This document shows positions 25,120 through 38,058 of a DNA stretch of 64,000 nt, piece by piece. The notes under the pieces are model-generated. The model did no database searches and was not told the origin of the DNA. It worked only from the letters and a program-made list of their open reading frames with translations. This DNA comes from Podarcis tiliguerta (taxonomy: Eukaryota). Made by a program: the position numbers and the translations under genes. Every line of letters begins with the position of its first letter. Position 1 is the first letter of the stretch. The stretch is taken from assembly GCA_965153285.1 (NCBI GenBank), contig OZ229114.1. One strand, given 5' to 3'.

Positions 25120-26875
25120 CTAGAAATAAACAGAAAAAAGGATCAAAATGTGTTTTCTTTAGCTGCAACAAGCTAGGGGCTTTAAAGTTTTAATTCAAAG
25201 GCTGTTTGAGAACACATTTTATGTATCTATTTCATCTCCAGAAATGCTCTCCAGGACCTCAAAACTACTCTTTTGTAGTCCCAATTTCAAAAAGCATTTT
25301 GAGGATTTGGCAAGAGATCTCTTCAAAACACAAGTTGTTATTGCTATCAAGAACCCATTGCCTGCAATAGCACTGTAAAGTAACAAGCCGCTATGAACAT
25401 GTAAAGGACACTCCTAAACAGATTGAGTTCATTTGAAGACAGCACCCCGTCCCTGCTTCGTAAGACTTATTGCTTCTCTGTTAACTACTTTAAATATCCT
25501 TTTCCTGTCTTATTAACTCCAATGACTTTGTTCAAATATTAACTTCATTTTGTACTGTTCAGCGGATGTGTCAATAAATATCTCAAGAAATTCCATGTTC
25601 AAAGCAAATATCCCTTCAGAACAGGTGTGGTTAAACTTGTTAACATGAGCAGGTGTCCAAGAATCATTTTAATTAAATAACGCAGGAGCTCCTGGGTGCC
25701 AGTTCTCTGTGGACACTGTGTACATGCCATTTGCAATCTGTATCTCATTTGACACTAACAAGTCCCAGAGATACTGATCATTGGCAACTCTCTGAATGAT
25801 TCTTTAAAACTAAACAGAGGTGCAAAGTCCATTCATGTAAGAATTGCATGCAACTATTGCATGATATTGCTTAAGTCATCCACACCATCAGCAAACAGAA
25901 ATCTCAAGTGATGCAACTGAAACAAAGATAGGATCAACAAGTCATGATCATGTCCATGTTTAATATCTAAGTCGGTAGAGTTCAGTCTTTCTAGTGTCAA
26001 TGAATTGTTTCTGTGTTGATCAATGTGCTGTGATTTTGTTACCTACATAACACTTTTGCACTACAGAGGATTTGGGGTTGTGTTCTAGGGTACAATTTTA
26101 ACTCCTGCAGTTTCAGGAGTTTGCAAGAAGATTTGCAAGAAGCAAGTGGGAGCAGCAGACAAGTTGTCTTTAGGTTGCTTTGTTTTTGTTTTATTATGTA
26201 TTTTGTGTTTTCATTTTGTATTTTTATGTTGTGAACTGCCCTGAGATCTGTGGATCTAGGGCAGTATATTAATGTAATAAACAAACTTTTTTTTACTGAC
26301 AATTTCACCATCAATCCTTGATAAAAGCTTCCTCAGTGTGAAAATGGCTGACTGGGTTCTTAACAATGAGCTGTGCATCTTTGACTTATCTCTGGTGCTA
26401 TTCTATGGTGGGTACTAATCTGTTCTGAATAACAGGAGGCAGATTATACTCAAGATGTTTCTGGATATTTTCAGAAGCACCTCTCCAAGTCAGCAGATGA
26501 TTATTTTTTTTAAAAAAAAACATTCAACAAAAACAGAACACATGCTGGAAACCTATAGGGAGTCAGATATACCTTCACTGTTTGAAATGTTAGTTCTGTT
26601 TCCTTCACTGGGGATTGTATTGACTTCGTCTGCTAAAGGATGTTCAGCTTCCTAGGTTTAATAATTAGGATTTTTAGGAAGAGGTCTGCTGATATAACTC
26701 CTTTGCTTGACACCACGGAATTAACTTTCTTTTAAGGGTAGAAATTATGACATGTGCTCCTCCCATTTGAACAGAAATGAAGTTCCTTGGTCTTGTATTG
26801 AAGAGCATGTAGCAGTGTTGGTATTCTCCGATAACTCAGTACTCTACAGGTGTGGGAGAGGAGACCTTGAAATTT

Positions 26876-27059
26876 AAGATTCAGGTAGGTAGCCGTGTTG
26901 GTCTGACGCAGTCGAAATAAATAAAAAGATTAAAATATTGTCCAGTAGCACCTTAGAGACAAACTAAGTTTGTTCTGGGTATAAGCTTTCGTGTGCATGC
27001 ATAAAGAAAGCTTATACGCAGAACAAACTTAGTTGGTCTCTAAGGTGCTACTGGACAAT
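26876..27059. mobile_element. Penelope-like element fragment with internal inversion (54-bp inverted repeat)
   Basis: Same family as 23982-24120; arms 26937-26990 and 27006-27059 match at 52/54; flanked by direct repeat CTTGAAATTT. Confidence 0.75.
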
Positions 27060-29184
27060 CTTGAAATTTGTGATAGTCTGTTTTGGTCAAAAATAGCATC
27101 TAGGGGCAGAATTTATCATATTTAGACCTACCAGGCATACATTTCCAAATTATCTGCCTGGCTTGCTCAGTATTTATTCCTACATATTTCCCCTTTATCA
27201 TGCTAAATTAGTACAAACATTTTTACAGTAGTAGAAATCACAAGAATCTTTAGAGGAGTCAACAAAGTTGGCCACATTTGGCAGAAGCAGAAAAGCATCT
27301 GATGGCCAGGGAAGCAGAAATCCTAACAGACATTTCAGGTACATCTTTTGAACAGCCTGTCTCCTGTTTGTCAGAGTGGATTACCGCCCTTTATCTAATG
27401 ACACTAGAGATAACAGCAAGGACCTTGGATTTAGATAAAACAGAAAGAGGAGAAAGGGGGAGCTAGTAAGAAAAGAAAGGCAAAACAGAATATGATCAAG
27501 TGAAATGTCCTAAGTCCAGTCCATAAGAAATTAGACATTAGAGCTGCATTTATTTCTATGCATTTCCCCCATTTCCCCTCTTTATCTTCCTAACTTATTA
27601 CAAACATTAAAAAATGGCAAATTAGCATCTAATTGAAACACCAAGGTGCAAACACACACATTTTATCTGCATTTCAGACCACCTGCCTGTTTCCTATGGG
27701 CAGAATCTGAGGCTGTGCTCACTTCTTTCTCCTTCCCGTTGCAGTCCCAAGTGGCCTCAAAATCTGCTCTGCAGAGCTCAACCCTCCAGAGCACATTTTG
27801 AGGGTGCATGGAAGGCTTCAGAGGACAGTGAAGTCCCTCTGCATAAGTGGAAGCCTGTTCTGCGCATACAGACAACACTAGATACAACTCTATGTATCCA
27901 AACCATTAAATGCCACAAATTATGATCAGATGGAACTTATTCCAGTTTATTAACACTGGAAGCAAAATGTTAACCAATTCCATTGCTGTAAAACAATTCT
28001 TCACAGTCCTGAGATAATTCAAAAGTGACTGCCTAGAGATATCCTGATGTGACCTTCGCTGCTGCAGTTCTAGACTAGATATTAAATGTTTCAGTGGCTT
28101 TAAATAAATGATTGCAAAGCTGCTTCCCCTCTACCTCAAAGTGCTTGGAATATTAAATGCCTAATTCTGCTACTTCAGTGCTAAGTCCTAAAGCTTCAAT
28201 ACTAATTGTTCGGGTGGGATTCAGGTGATAGCTGTAAAACTCAAGGGAATAGAAATACAAAGAAAAGAAGCAATTTGTTCTCAACCACCCTTTTAAGAAG
28301 CATCTGTAGCATTTGTGATTATATCCATTAATCCCTGTGATGTAAGGAAATATATTACAGATAAGGGGGGTGGGAATCCCACCTGCCAGCAGTGTTCTAA
28401 ATCTATTTTAGACTTTTAAGTTTAGAATCAAATCAGTGTTACACTAGTGTTGCAACAATGAATATAACTGATTTGACGCTTTCTGGAAACAGGAAGATCA
28501 TTATATTGCTGTAAATATTCCCCTAATGAACACACTAAAGTCTAGTTAAAGCAAGGGAAAGAAACCTTTCTGATGTTTTTAAAGAATTACCTGCCTTGAT
28601 TGGGTGCATGCAAGTTATTTCCCTGACACCCCAATCCAATACATATGTATCTCAGAAGTTCCACAAAGTTTTATGCAGCTTACTCCCAAGTAAGCATGCC
28701 TAGAATTGGAAGGAAAAATAGATGAAAACGAGACATAAGGGATGCAACTTGTGCATAAAGCACTGGATCTGTCAAGAGTTTTTGTCAGGCTCCAACAACT
28801 TGCCCTCCTGACCACCCGGCAGCATCTTTGGCAAGAGTTGCACACTAACTTATTTTATCCCGAAGTGTCATCCCGGTTGCATTACAAGCTCCACCAGCTG
28901 ACACTGTACTGCATTAGATGACTAGGGGGATGAATGCAACTCTGTCTGGCTCTATAAAGTCTCACTCTCAGGGCCTGTTCTTCAGTCTAAGCAACTTGTC
29001 TCCTTGTAAGCAGATCCTGTCAGGCTGACCTCCCGCTCACCAACTGCCCTTCCTGGAACTTTTGTCCGCCTGAGACCATGATGCTTTTCTTTGGCTCCCT
29101 GCCTTGCAAACAATTTGTTCTTTCCTGTTTTGGGGGTTATGATACTGGTTCCACTTCAGATGCTGAGCATTAACTTTAGATATA

Positions 29185-29413
29185 CAGTGGTACCTCGGGT
29201 TACAGACACTTCAGGTTACAAACACTTCAGGTTACGGACTCCGCTAACCCAGAAATAGTACCTTGGGTTAAGAACTTTGCTTCAGGATGAGAACAGAAAT
29301 CACACGGCGGCAGCGGGAGGCCCCATTAGCTAATTGAACTTCAGATTAAGAACAGTTTCAGGTTAAGAACGGACCTCCAGAACAAATTAAGTTCTTAACC
29401 TGAGGTACCACTG
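29185..29413 (+). mobile_element. Tc1/mariner MITE, family A
   Basis: Same TIRs, TA flanks and internal sequence as 32-262. Confidence 0.85.
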
Positions 29414-29416
29414 TAC

Positions 29417-29581
29417 CAAAGCTGTCAACCTTTCCTTTTTTTGCAGGAAATTCCCTTATCCCAGCGCCGTTTCCTGTTGCTTCCCGCTGCTATCCCAGAT
29501 TGTTAGATATCCTGTAGACTGTCCCCAGGACAGGTGAGGCTGCTGATCCCTTATTTTCAAATCTAAAAGTTGACAGCTATG
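29417..29581. mobile_element. Short non-autonomous DNA transposon (hAT-like)
   Basis: TIRs CAAAGCTGTCAAC / GTTGACAGCTATG. Confidence 0.6.
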
Positions 29582-29586
29582 CTGTA

Positions 29587-29834
29587 CAGTGGTACCTCTG
29601 GATGCGAACGGGATCCATTCTGGAGCCCCGTTTGCATCATGAGCAGAACGCAACCCGCGTCTGCAGGTCTGCGCATGCCGCGATTCGCCATGTCTGTGCA
29701 TGCACGTGATGTCATTCTGGGCGTCTGCACGAGTGGCGAAACCCGGAAGTAACCTGTTCTGTTACTTCCGGGTCGCCACGGGACACAACCTGAAAAGATT
29801 TAACCCGAAGCGACTTTAACCCGCAGTATAACTG
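29587..29834. mobile_element. Tc1/mariner MITE, related TIR but different CpG-rich interior
   Basis: TA-CAGTGGTACCTC ... degenerate GTATAACTG-TA. Confidence 0.7.
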
Positions 29835-32800
29835 TACATGGTAAACCCAGCTACTGAGGAGCCAGTTGAAAAACTGCATGGGCTATTTATACAAATTATT
29901 GACCCCAAACCTCCCTTTGTTTATAAATTGCTCTCATTGTGCCTTTACCGTGCACCAGATATTATACTGGGCCCAATCAGACTCTGATTTCTAGCAGAAG
30001 ATGCATCAAACACATGCTACTTCTAATTATCTCCCCAAAGCCAATCTTCATTTACAATAAACACTTTCATCTGAGAGATTCCTCTGACAAGGGAACACTT
30101 CTGTAAGCTATATTAGTACATCTAAAGCAGTGAAATAGCAAATTCCTTTATAACTGTCGCTCTCTCCCCACACTAATTCTCTCTCAAAAGGCAGGCAGAA
30201 AGCAGCTTTTGGATGTTCTGATATTAGGATGGCAAGGCACTTACTATTTCAAAAAGATATTTTTCAGACATTACTACAACAGTCTTATCAAGTGAAGACA
30301 GCAGCTCACAGGCTGATTTCAATAATGTGAGTCCAGGGGGCAAGATGGCAACTGAAAGTGTTGGGAAGACGTGGTTTATTCAACATTTTTTTTAAAAAAA
30401 ATGCAAATACTTAATGTAACACTTTTCAGTCCGAAGACTTTTAGAGTGCCTCAGCACTCAGACTGCTAAAACAATAGCAGTCATAAAAACTTTAAAACCA
30501 GGACAGCTGGGACTACAGAATGTAAACCTAAAAAGAAAAAAACATAGTCTAAAAGGCATGAGCGGATAAGGTCTTCACCTGGTGCTGAAAGGACATCTAA
30601 GCTGGCTCCAGGCAAGCTGCCTTGGGGAGAACATCCCAAAGCCAGGGCACAATAGCAGCCAAGCCCTACCTCCAATAATAATGGGGCTCATAAATTTACA
30701 CCGGAAAGCAGGGGTGGCTAACCATTTTTGGGCCAATGGCTGCAATTACCTTTGGCCAACCACTTGGGGCGGGTCACCCCCTCCGCCAAAAAAAACCCAA
30801 CCCCACCCTCAGTGATCTATGCAGATGAGAAGGGAGAAGATTGGAATCTCCACTGTAGTGCTGGGAAGAGAGGTTTAAACTTATCCTGCCAGCCCAGTAT
30901 TCTGGTGCAGATGTAAATCACTCCTTCCCTGCTCATCCAATTTGTCTGATGAGCAGGGACAGGGTGATTTGAAACTCCAATGAAGTGCTTCTCCCAGCCC
31001 AGCACCATAACTCCATATTTCTTTTGCCACTGCCAGAATCAGTGTGGTTGGAAGGACAGCACACAGAAGAAACTACTTGGCAGGCTGTGTCAGGCCTTCA
31101 GGGTAGGGGCTTCCTGCAGTACAGCAAAACTGAAGAGGGATATGAGAATAGTAACATCAACAATATGTTCTGACAAGTAGTTACTGAAGCTGGACATTCC
31201 AGATGTACTTCATTGCAATTAGTGAGCAAACAAGTATGAAAAGGAGAAATATTGTTTTCGGATTGACCATGTTAAAATTAAATAACACCTGATAACCTTC
31301 AAAAATCATGTTGCAATTATGGCTCTTTGCTGCAGGCATAAAACTAATCATTCCCTCAGTGACCAAGACCAGGACTTTCAGGCATTAATAACAATAATAA
31401 ACAAACTGCCAGCCTATGGGAAGAGAGAAAATCAAGGCTCTCTAGTGCCGTGTCCTAGCAAAGAACTCCTCTGGACTCAACCACAATTAAGCTGGGAATC
31501 CTTAGGGGCCTACTTCCAAGTAGTATATCTAGGAAACAAGTGCAACATCAACTTTTATGTTCAACTGAAGTCTGTGGCATACAAGGCTTTTAAAGAGAGT
31601 GTTGCATGTTCCAGTAACAATGACAGAAGATGGAAGTTTTGAAGTTACTCTTTTAGCATGGGATGGGGTTTAAATATGCATTGTCATATCTTCTATCAGC
31701 AAATTAATCTAGGCACACTTTGAAAATGAACAGAAGGTATATCAACAGAAACAAATAAACCTGAACAATCAAAGGCATTTGCAGACACAGTTGAGAACAA
31801 AATATGCCTATCCCATCTTTGGAAAACAGATCACAACATATCACAAAATCAGTTCTGTAGGTTTTACAAATGTGCCCAATGAATTCACTTAGTGTACATT
31901 TTCATTACAAGAGAGCAACAAAACACACTCTGGAGTCTTAACACATCAGACCATTTGGGCAGATTAATGTTTTTAAAAGGCAGAATCAGAAACCTTTCTT
32001 TTAATTAGATGTGCAAATGCATCACGTGTATTAATGCAACTACAAGGACACATAATCCTTGAATCCTTTTCACCTTGCACATAATTGTCATTAAATCCTG
32101 TATTTTATAAAATGTGAAATTCAATATCAGGTTGTACCTGCTGAACAGCTGCACAATTTGGCAGAAGCCATGCTACACTCCCAGAACAAAAAATATGCCA
32201 CCACCACGATGAAAGATGTAGCAGTGCAATTTTTCTGCCAGTGAAGATGGACGGAGTCATCAGTGGCATAAGGGAAGAACATTAGTAGTTAGATTGTTTT
32301 ATAATCTTAAATATCATGACTACACCCCCATTTATGGTGAAGTTTTAGACTAGACCTAGAGCTGTTGACACAGAATTTCTATCCTATTGACCTTCCAGAC
32401 CACAACCAATCATAAGGTATGGTGTGATAAATCACAGCATAAAACTACCAGTATATAAACCCTGGACAGGGAGACCATAACTCAGACAGACAAGGTGCAG
32501 GGCTGGGGTTGTACAGAGAGAGTTCCACCTCATTAGCAACAGCAGTGATGAGGCTGCTCCTAGCTGTTCCTCTGTAAGAATATCAACCTATTTGCTCCAG
32601 GCATGGCTGCTGTATCCTTTGTTCCTACCATGGAACAGAGTGCCATCATGGACCCTGCAGCTGATATTCAGCTACATTTCAAGCAATGGCCCACTGTACA
32701 AGACTTCTGGTGGGCTGAACTGGTGGGCTGTTGGAAACCCTAAACATGTGTACTTCTTCTTCAGAATTGCCTCCATTTTGGAGGCTGTTCAATAAAGGGT

Positions 32801-33625
32801 TATGACTTTGACACATTTGTTGCTATGGTGTGGTATATGGGGATCCCTTTCTCACACTCTAGAAGGCCATAGCTTCATTTGGCTTTGGAATGACACTATA
32901 AGGTGGGGAGATGGTGTCAATATGCTTGATGGGCTCAGGACAGTGGTCACATCTCACTACTCATTCAGGTTCCCTGGACTGAGACAGAGGCAGGATTTTC
33001 AAGGTACACAAGTGCATAGCTGTTGCCACCAGGATGTTAGAGAGAGGGATGCTGAAGGGGAGAAGGGCCAAATCTGAGTGGCTACATGGCAACATGACAC
33101 CTTCACGTCGCCTATGTGATCCTGAAATGGATTGCCATAGAAGGAAGCTATTTTGTTTTTAAAAATGGTGCTAAAGCTGCAAATCAGAGACAGCAAACAG
33201 CACATGTAAAAGGTCAACAAAAAGATATGTTGTCAAACATTTCACGGAAAACTCTGTTTTGCCCCACAAAACATCACAGAGAGAAATACGGCAAAGTGCT
33301 ATTAAAAAATCTATGTGGAGCAGTGGAAATAACTTTAAAGCTCTTATAATCCAACACATTGGCTTGCCCTCTTACATTTGACTTTTCTTCTTTGGTTTCT
33401 TCTTCTGTGCTTGCTTGCTATTGCCTCAGTGTGTGTTACATAAATTCTTTGATGCAACAAGTGTGGCTTTTCCAAGTTACATAATGCCTTGTGAAATGCA
33501 CTGCATGGAGAACGGTAAAAACCTCACTCGCATACTTGCTGCTAGGAAGCAGACTTTCAGTGTGAGCAAGAGAGTAGAGGAGTGTCATAGCCAACGATAT
33601 GGTGCAAACAATTAGCACAGCATAC

Positions 33626-33724
33626 CTGGCAGCCAGGATCAAGGTCCATCTTTCTTCTGAGAAATTTCTCCACATGTCCAATTGTTGCCTCTCCTGAAAC
33701 CCGTACAAACTTCTTTTCCAGTGG
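33626..33724 (-). CDS. PCGF6: PCGF6 exon 8 (RAWUL domain)
   Basis: [33 protein letters not shown]. Confidence 0.96.
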
Positions 33725-33815
33725 CTGGAAGGAGGAAACAGATTTCATACTGTAAGGCTGTTCAGTAATGAAGGGGGCAATTCTAATCAGGTTTTTTAAC
33801 AAGGACTTTATCCCA

Positions 33816-33816
<1 letters not shown>

Positions 33817-33845
<29 letters not shown>
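33817..33845 (+). repeat. (TAT)n microsatellite
   Basis: Direct observation; a second (TAT)n array lies at about 45776-45808. Confidence 0.9.
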
Positions 33846-33847
<2 letters not shown>

Positions 33848-34029
33848 GAAACTAGTAAGTCATTTTCACAAATTTCCCCCTTAAACAGCTTTTTTCAGCA
33901 ATAAGATGATGTTGTTCAGCTGCAACCCACAGTTCCACTATTTTTCCTCTTCCACCCACAATCTCACTGCACATGTATCTTCTGTATTTAGTTCTTCTTC
34001 CCATAAGCTAAAGGAGGCATAGATGGTTC

Positions 34030-34187
34030 TCCCTGTTCCATGTTATCATCACCACAATGCTGTGAGTTAGGCTAGGCTGAGAGCTAGCAATAGGTTCAAG
34101 GGTCCCAGTGAGCTTCATGGCTGAGTGGTAATTTGAAGCTGGATTGTCTCAGTCTGAGGTGGTAATCACTACACCACATTGGCTCTC
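34030..34187 (-). mobile_element. MIR-like/CORE SINE remnant
   Basis: CACAATGCTGTGAGTTAGGCTAGGCTGAGAG core; homologous fragments at 36290-36355 and 43275-43390. Confidence 0.5.
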
Positions 34188-34615
34188 AAATACATATATG
34201 TACCATTTTTATTTATTTCTTTACAAATTTCTACCCTTCACAGATAGCTCACAGACATAATAAAAACATGGTGTTCTGGGCATTGTTAATCACTAGCCCA
34301 TTTCTATAGAATACAGTCTAGTTGTTCACTCTTTAAAACAGGAGTAACTAACCTGTAACTCTTCAGATGTTGTTTGACTGGAGTATCTGAAAGGCTACAG
34401 GCTGGCCACCATGCTTCAGAGGCAGTCATAATTTCCAGTGCGCCTGGTCCCTCAAACTAAAATATTACATCCCTGCCTTTGCAACATTCCTTTATCTTTA
34501 TAAATTACAGATTTGCAAAAAAGCAGTATATACTCCAGGACAGAACCACTGAAGTTTTACTTATGCATGCCATAACAATGAACCAAAGGAAGATAAATTT
34601 CAGCAGTATTTGTAC

Positions 34616-34643
34616 CTTAAATTTCCCAGACAGATCATTAGCT
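34616..34643 (-). CDS. PCGF6: PCGF6 exon 7 (28-nt micro-exon)
   Basis: Long pyrimidine tract, tttcag|A GCT AAT GAT CTG TCT GGG AAA TTT AAG|GTACAA = ANDLSGKFK; restores the phase between exons 6 and 8. Confidence 0.9.
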
Positions 34644-36687
34644 CTGAAAGAAAAAGAGAATTAACATAATAAGTATGTCTGAGCTACATCTGGATTTGCA
34701 GGCTCAAACTGCTAAATCAATACAATGCCATTAGTTACAGAGTTTCTCTGTGATATATATATGTGTGTGTAATTTATATGCTCATTAGGTCCTTGGATTA
34801 TGCTTGAAAGCTTAGAATATTACCAGTTATCGTCATTATCATAATCTCCTGTTAAAGGCAGGCAGCAGCACTCACCACAAGTTGTAGCTATTATACAGGC
34901 TTCAAAAGTAGTGAAAGGAAAAACTGCAGTAGTTGATTCAAGTAGTTCCTAAGGCATGCACCACAGGGGTAAGTTTCCTATCTTCAAGGAAGGGGAAACA
35001 TTTTCTGAATCAGAAAGCTATCATTACAGAAGTTCCTTGGACTGGATTCAGGAACAACCCTAACTAACAAGCCTGCTTTGAGAGTGTGGATGACCCTACC
35101 AGGAAGAGCCAAGGTCACCTCATTTAAGTCAAGCAGGTTGTTAATCACCACCATTTCAATTCCATCTGCACTCCATAGTTAATCCTCATCCAGTCTGGTA
35201 CAGCATTTAGATACAGCTTTACACTTGCTGTTGCTGCTCTGCTGAGAATGCATATTGGTGTAATTAGAATACTGATAACGCCATTCCTCAAGTTTGAGAT
35301 TATTTCACCACATATTTCATATATATTTTAGATCAGCATACTTTGAGAATTGGTCTGAAGAGAAGACAATGGTCCAGTTCAGACAAACATATATTGGCTT
35401 CATAAGCACAAATATGCAGTTTAATATCCTGGCTTGCTTTGATCCAGGTAGGCACAAGCTTCCTGGTTCAGGAGCAACTGGAAACTACTGAACTAGGCCA
35501 GTGTATTTAAAATATACATGGATATTTTTAAAAGCTTCAAGGACAAACTGCTTTCTTTATACTGACACAGAAACAAATAGAATTGCAGCCACTGTATTAC
35601 CTTTATATTGAAGAATTCTGTATTAGGAAAAACAGTGAGCTTGACTTTAGTAGAACTAACCATGTAATTTAAGTCTACCTTTAGACATCAATCTAAAAGG
35701 TATAGAGTGTGCAAGACTGGGTGCTGAGCAGAACAATCATATGCACAATCAGCTGTCAAATTGCATTTCAGAGGATTGACTGCTTTTCCTTTAGATACAT
35801 GGAGACAAATTCACTTGCAGAAAAGAACTTTTTCTTTCAAAAAACTGTAAGTCAACTCTTTATCTTCATGAATGTCTAAAAGGTTAACAAAGACAGATGG
35901 AAAAACCATGTTATTTCCAAGGCAGAAGATATCACAGTTTTTCCATTCCCAGGATTGTTACCCTTTTACTACCATAGGAAGGACTGGACCATTTCAAGAT
36001 ATAAATTGAATGATATGGAAGAGGTAATAAACAAAATTGCTCCCAGAAAATGACAAAATATAAAACAAAACATGTAACAGATATACATATACTACTACGA
36101 CAACAACTATTGGTAATTAAATTTGTAAACAACCCTTCATCCGTAGATCTCAAGGCAGTTCACAACATTAAAAGTTGCTCATTAAAAGTATTGTTAACTG
36201 GCACACACACCATTACAAACAGCAATTCTGATCCAGGGTGATGCTGGATTAAGGCCCACTGAGACCCACGATCAGCACAGATGCTCCCTGAGCCAGTCAC
36301 CATCTCTCAGCCTAACCTACCTCAGAGGATTATTGTAAGAATAAAATGGGGGAGGGACTTAAGGAGAACCACCTGTAGTTTTCAAAATGATTTTTGACAT
36401 TGGAATTTTTTTTTTAATAGTGCTAAAACTAAGGTTGCAGTAGTTCATACTAAGCATTACAAGTGTCTCTTTTAAAAAAGGGGGGAAAGTACAGATCACC
36501 ATTCTTTTAGATGACAGTATCCAACATGACGCCCTCAAGAAGTCTACAACCAACCTCTACCATTGATCAGGCAACTTTGTCGGATGCAAAACGGATATGT
36601 TAAATTAGAGAAAAACTATTACTGCACATGTCCAGAAACACATTGGCTTGTCTTTTAGCAATAATCACTTCAGTGTTTGCCAGTTGT

Positions 36688-36706
36688 CACTGCCACCTAG
36701 TGGTTA
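36688..36706 (-). promoter_or_regulatory. CTCF-binding motif in PCGF6 intron 6
   Basis: Minus strand TAACCACTAGGTGGCAGTG matches the core CCACYAGRKGGCRS. Confidence 0.6.
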
Positions 36707-37173
36707 AAAACAGGAAAAAAGGTTAGGCACCCCAAGTTACAGAACGCTTGGTCGGGCACGGTTTGATTAAATAGAACTGTCTTTACACATACTGTACACT
36801 TCATCAGAAAAGGTATAATGAGGGTTCTACATGTGCCTACTATAGAAAATTGCAGTCTGTTTCTGTAAGAACTGAACTGAACTTTTATTCAATAAATCAA
36901 TCTGTAGAGATAAGAAAACCTTTCGGAACAGTTCAGAAATTCAAGATGAATCTACATCCATTGGGAAAGGAGAGATGGCTTTTGTAAGCCAAGAGTTCTA
37001 CAAATAGAATTGCTAATCTGAATGTCTTCCATTAGCTCTCAATCTAATTACTGAAACAAAAAAAGCTAATGTTGCAACTGAATGCCAAGGCCAACATATC
37101 CTTTTACGTCCATGTCTTTAAAACGCTACTTGTAAGTTAAAACTCAATCTACTAAAAGTCTGCTTTTACTTAC

Positions 37174-37282
37174 CCAATGAACTCAAGGAGTAGTGACATG
37201 TCAAGCTCTGGAGGGATACGGAAAACCGAGCCTACAACTTTACGGGGCCTCCCCCTGGCTATAGCAATTGGCTGTGGAACAG
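37174..37282 (-). CDS. PCGF6: PCGF6 exon 6
   Basis: [37 protein letters not shown]. Confidence 0.95.
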
Positions 37283-37756
37283 CTAGGATAGTAGAAGAAA
37301 AACAAAGAATATTATTTCCCACCTATAACAGGATACATGATGAAATAACAAGTTGCACAGACTCGTATCTTAGTTCAGAAATGCACCGCCTAATTGCTAT
37401 TGGTGCTATTTAAATGTTTTTACTAACTCAAGAGGGACAACACTGTTTTTTCTATGATTAATGTAGCATTTTGTTACAATTTTTTAACCCACATTTTCTT
37501 TCAACCCACTGGCCTGGTTCACGTGACATGGTAAGCCAAACCATGCTTACACGGATTACAATTATTACATGAGCTGCTGGAGAAAGGAGCTTGCAACCAC
37601 TTTGTTCCTTCCCAATCTTTTTTACTTCTGTGCTATGCTGAGCTAAGCCAAGGTTTGGCTTAGCATGTCATCCAAACTAGGCCTTGTGTTTTAGATCTTA
37701 CCTTACTAAACCACAAGCTATAGCCAAGAACCTATAGTTAACACAACGCACTAAGT

Positions 37757-38058
37757 AGCTGTCACAAGGAAGATGGAGCAAGCTTGTTTTCTTCTGCTCT
37801 GGAGGCTAGGACCTGAACCAATGGATTCAAGTTACAAGAAAGGAGATTCCGACTAAACATCAGGAAGAACTTTCTGCCAGTAAGACCTGTTTGACAGTGG
37901 AACAGTCTTTCTTAGAACTCTCCTTCCTTGGAGGTTTTTAAACAGAGGTTGGCTGGCCATCCACCTGTCATGGATGCTTTAGTTGAGATTCCTGTATTAC
38001 AGGGAGTTGGACTAGACTCTCAGGGTCCCTTCCAACTCTACAATTATGATTCTATGAT
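37757..38058 (+). mobile_element. CR1 LINE 3' fragment
   Basis: Homologous to 13379-13760; ATGATTCTATGA tail. Confidence 0.85.

Noticed and set aside
33557-33625. Cys/His-rich tail (VCCANCLHH...) after PCGF6 exon 8
   Set aside because: Intron 8 read-through; exons 9 and 10 supply the conserved C-terminus.
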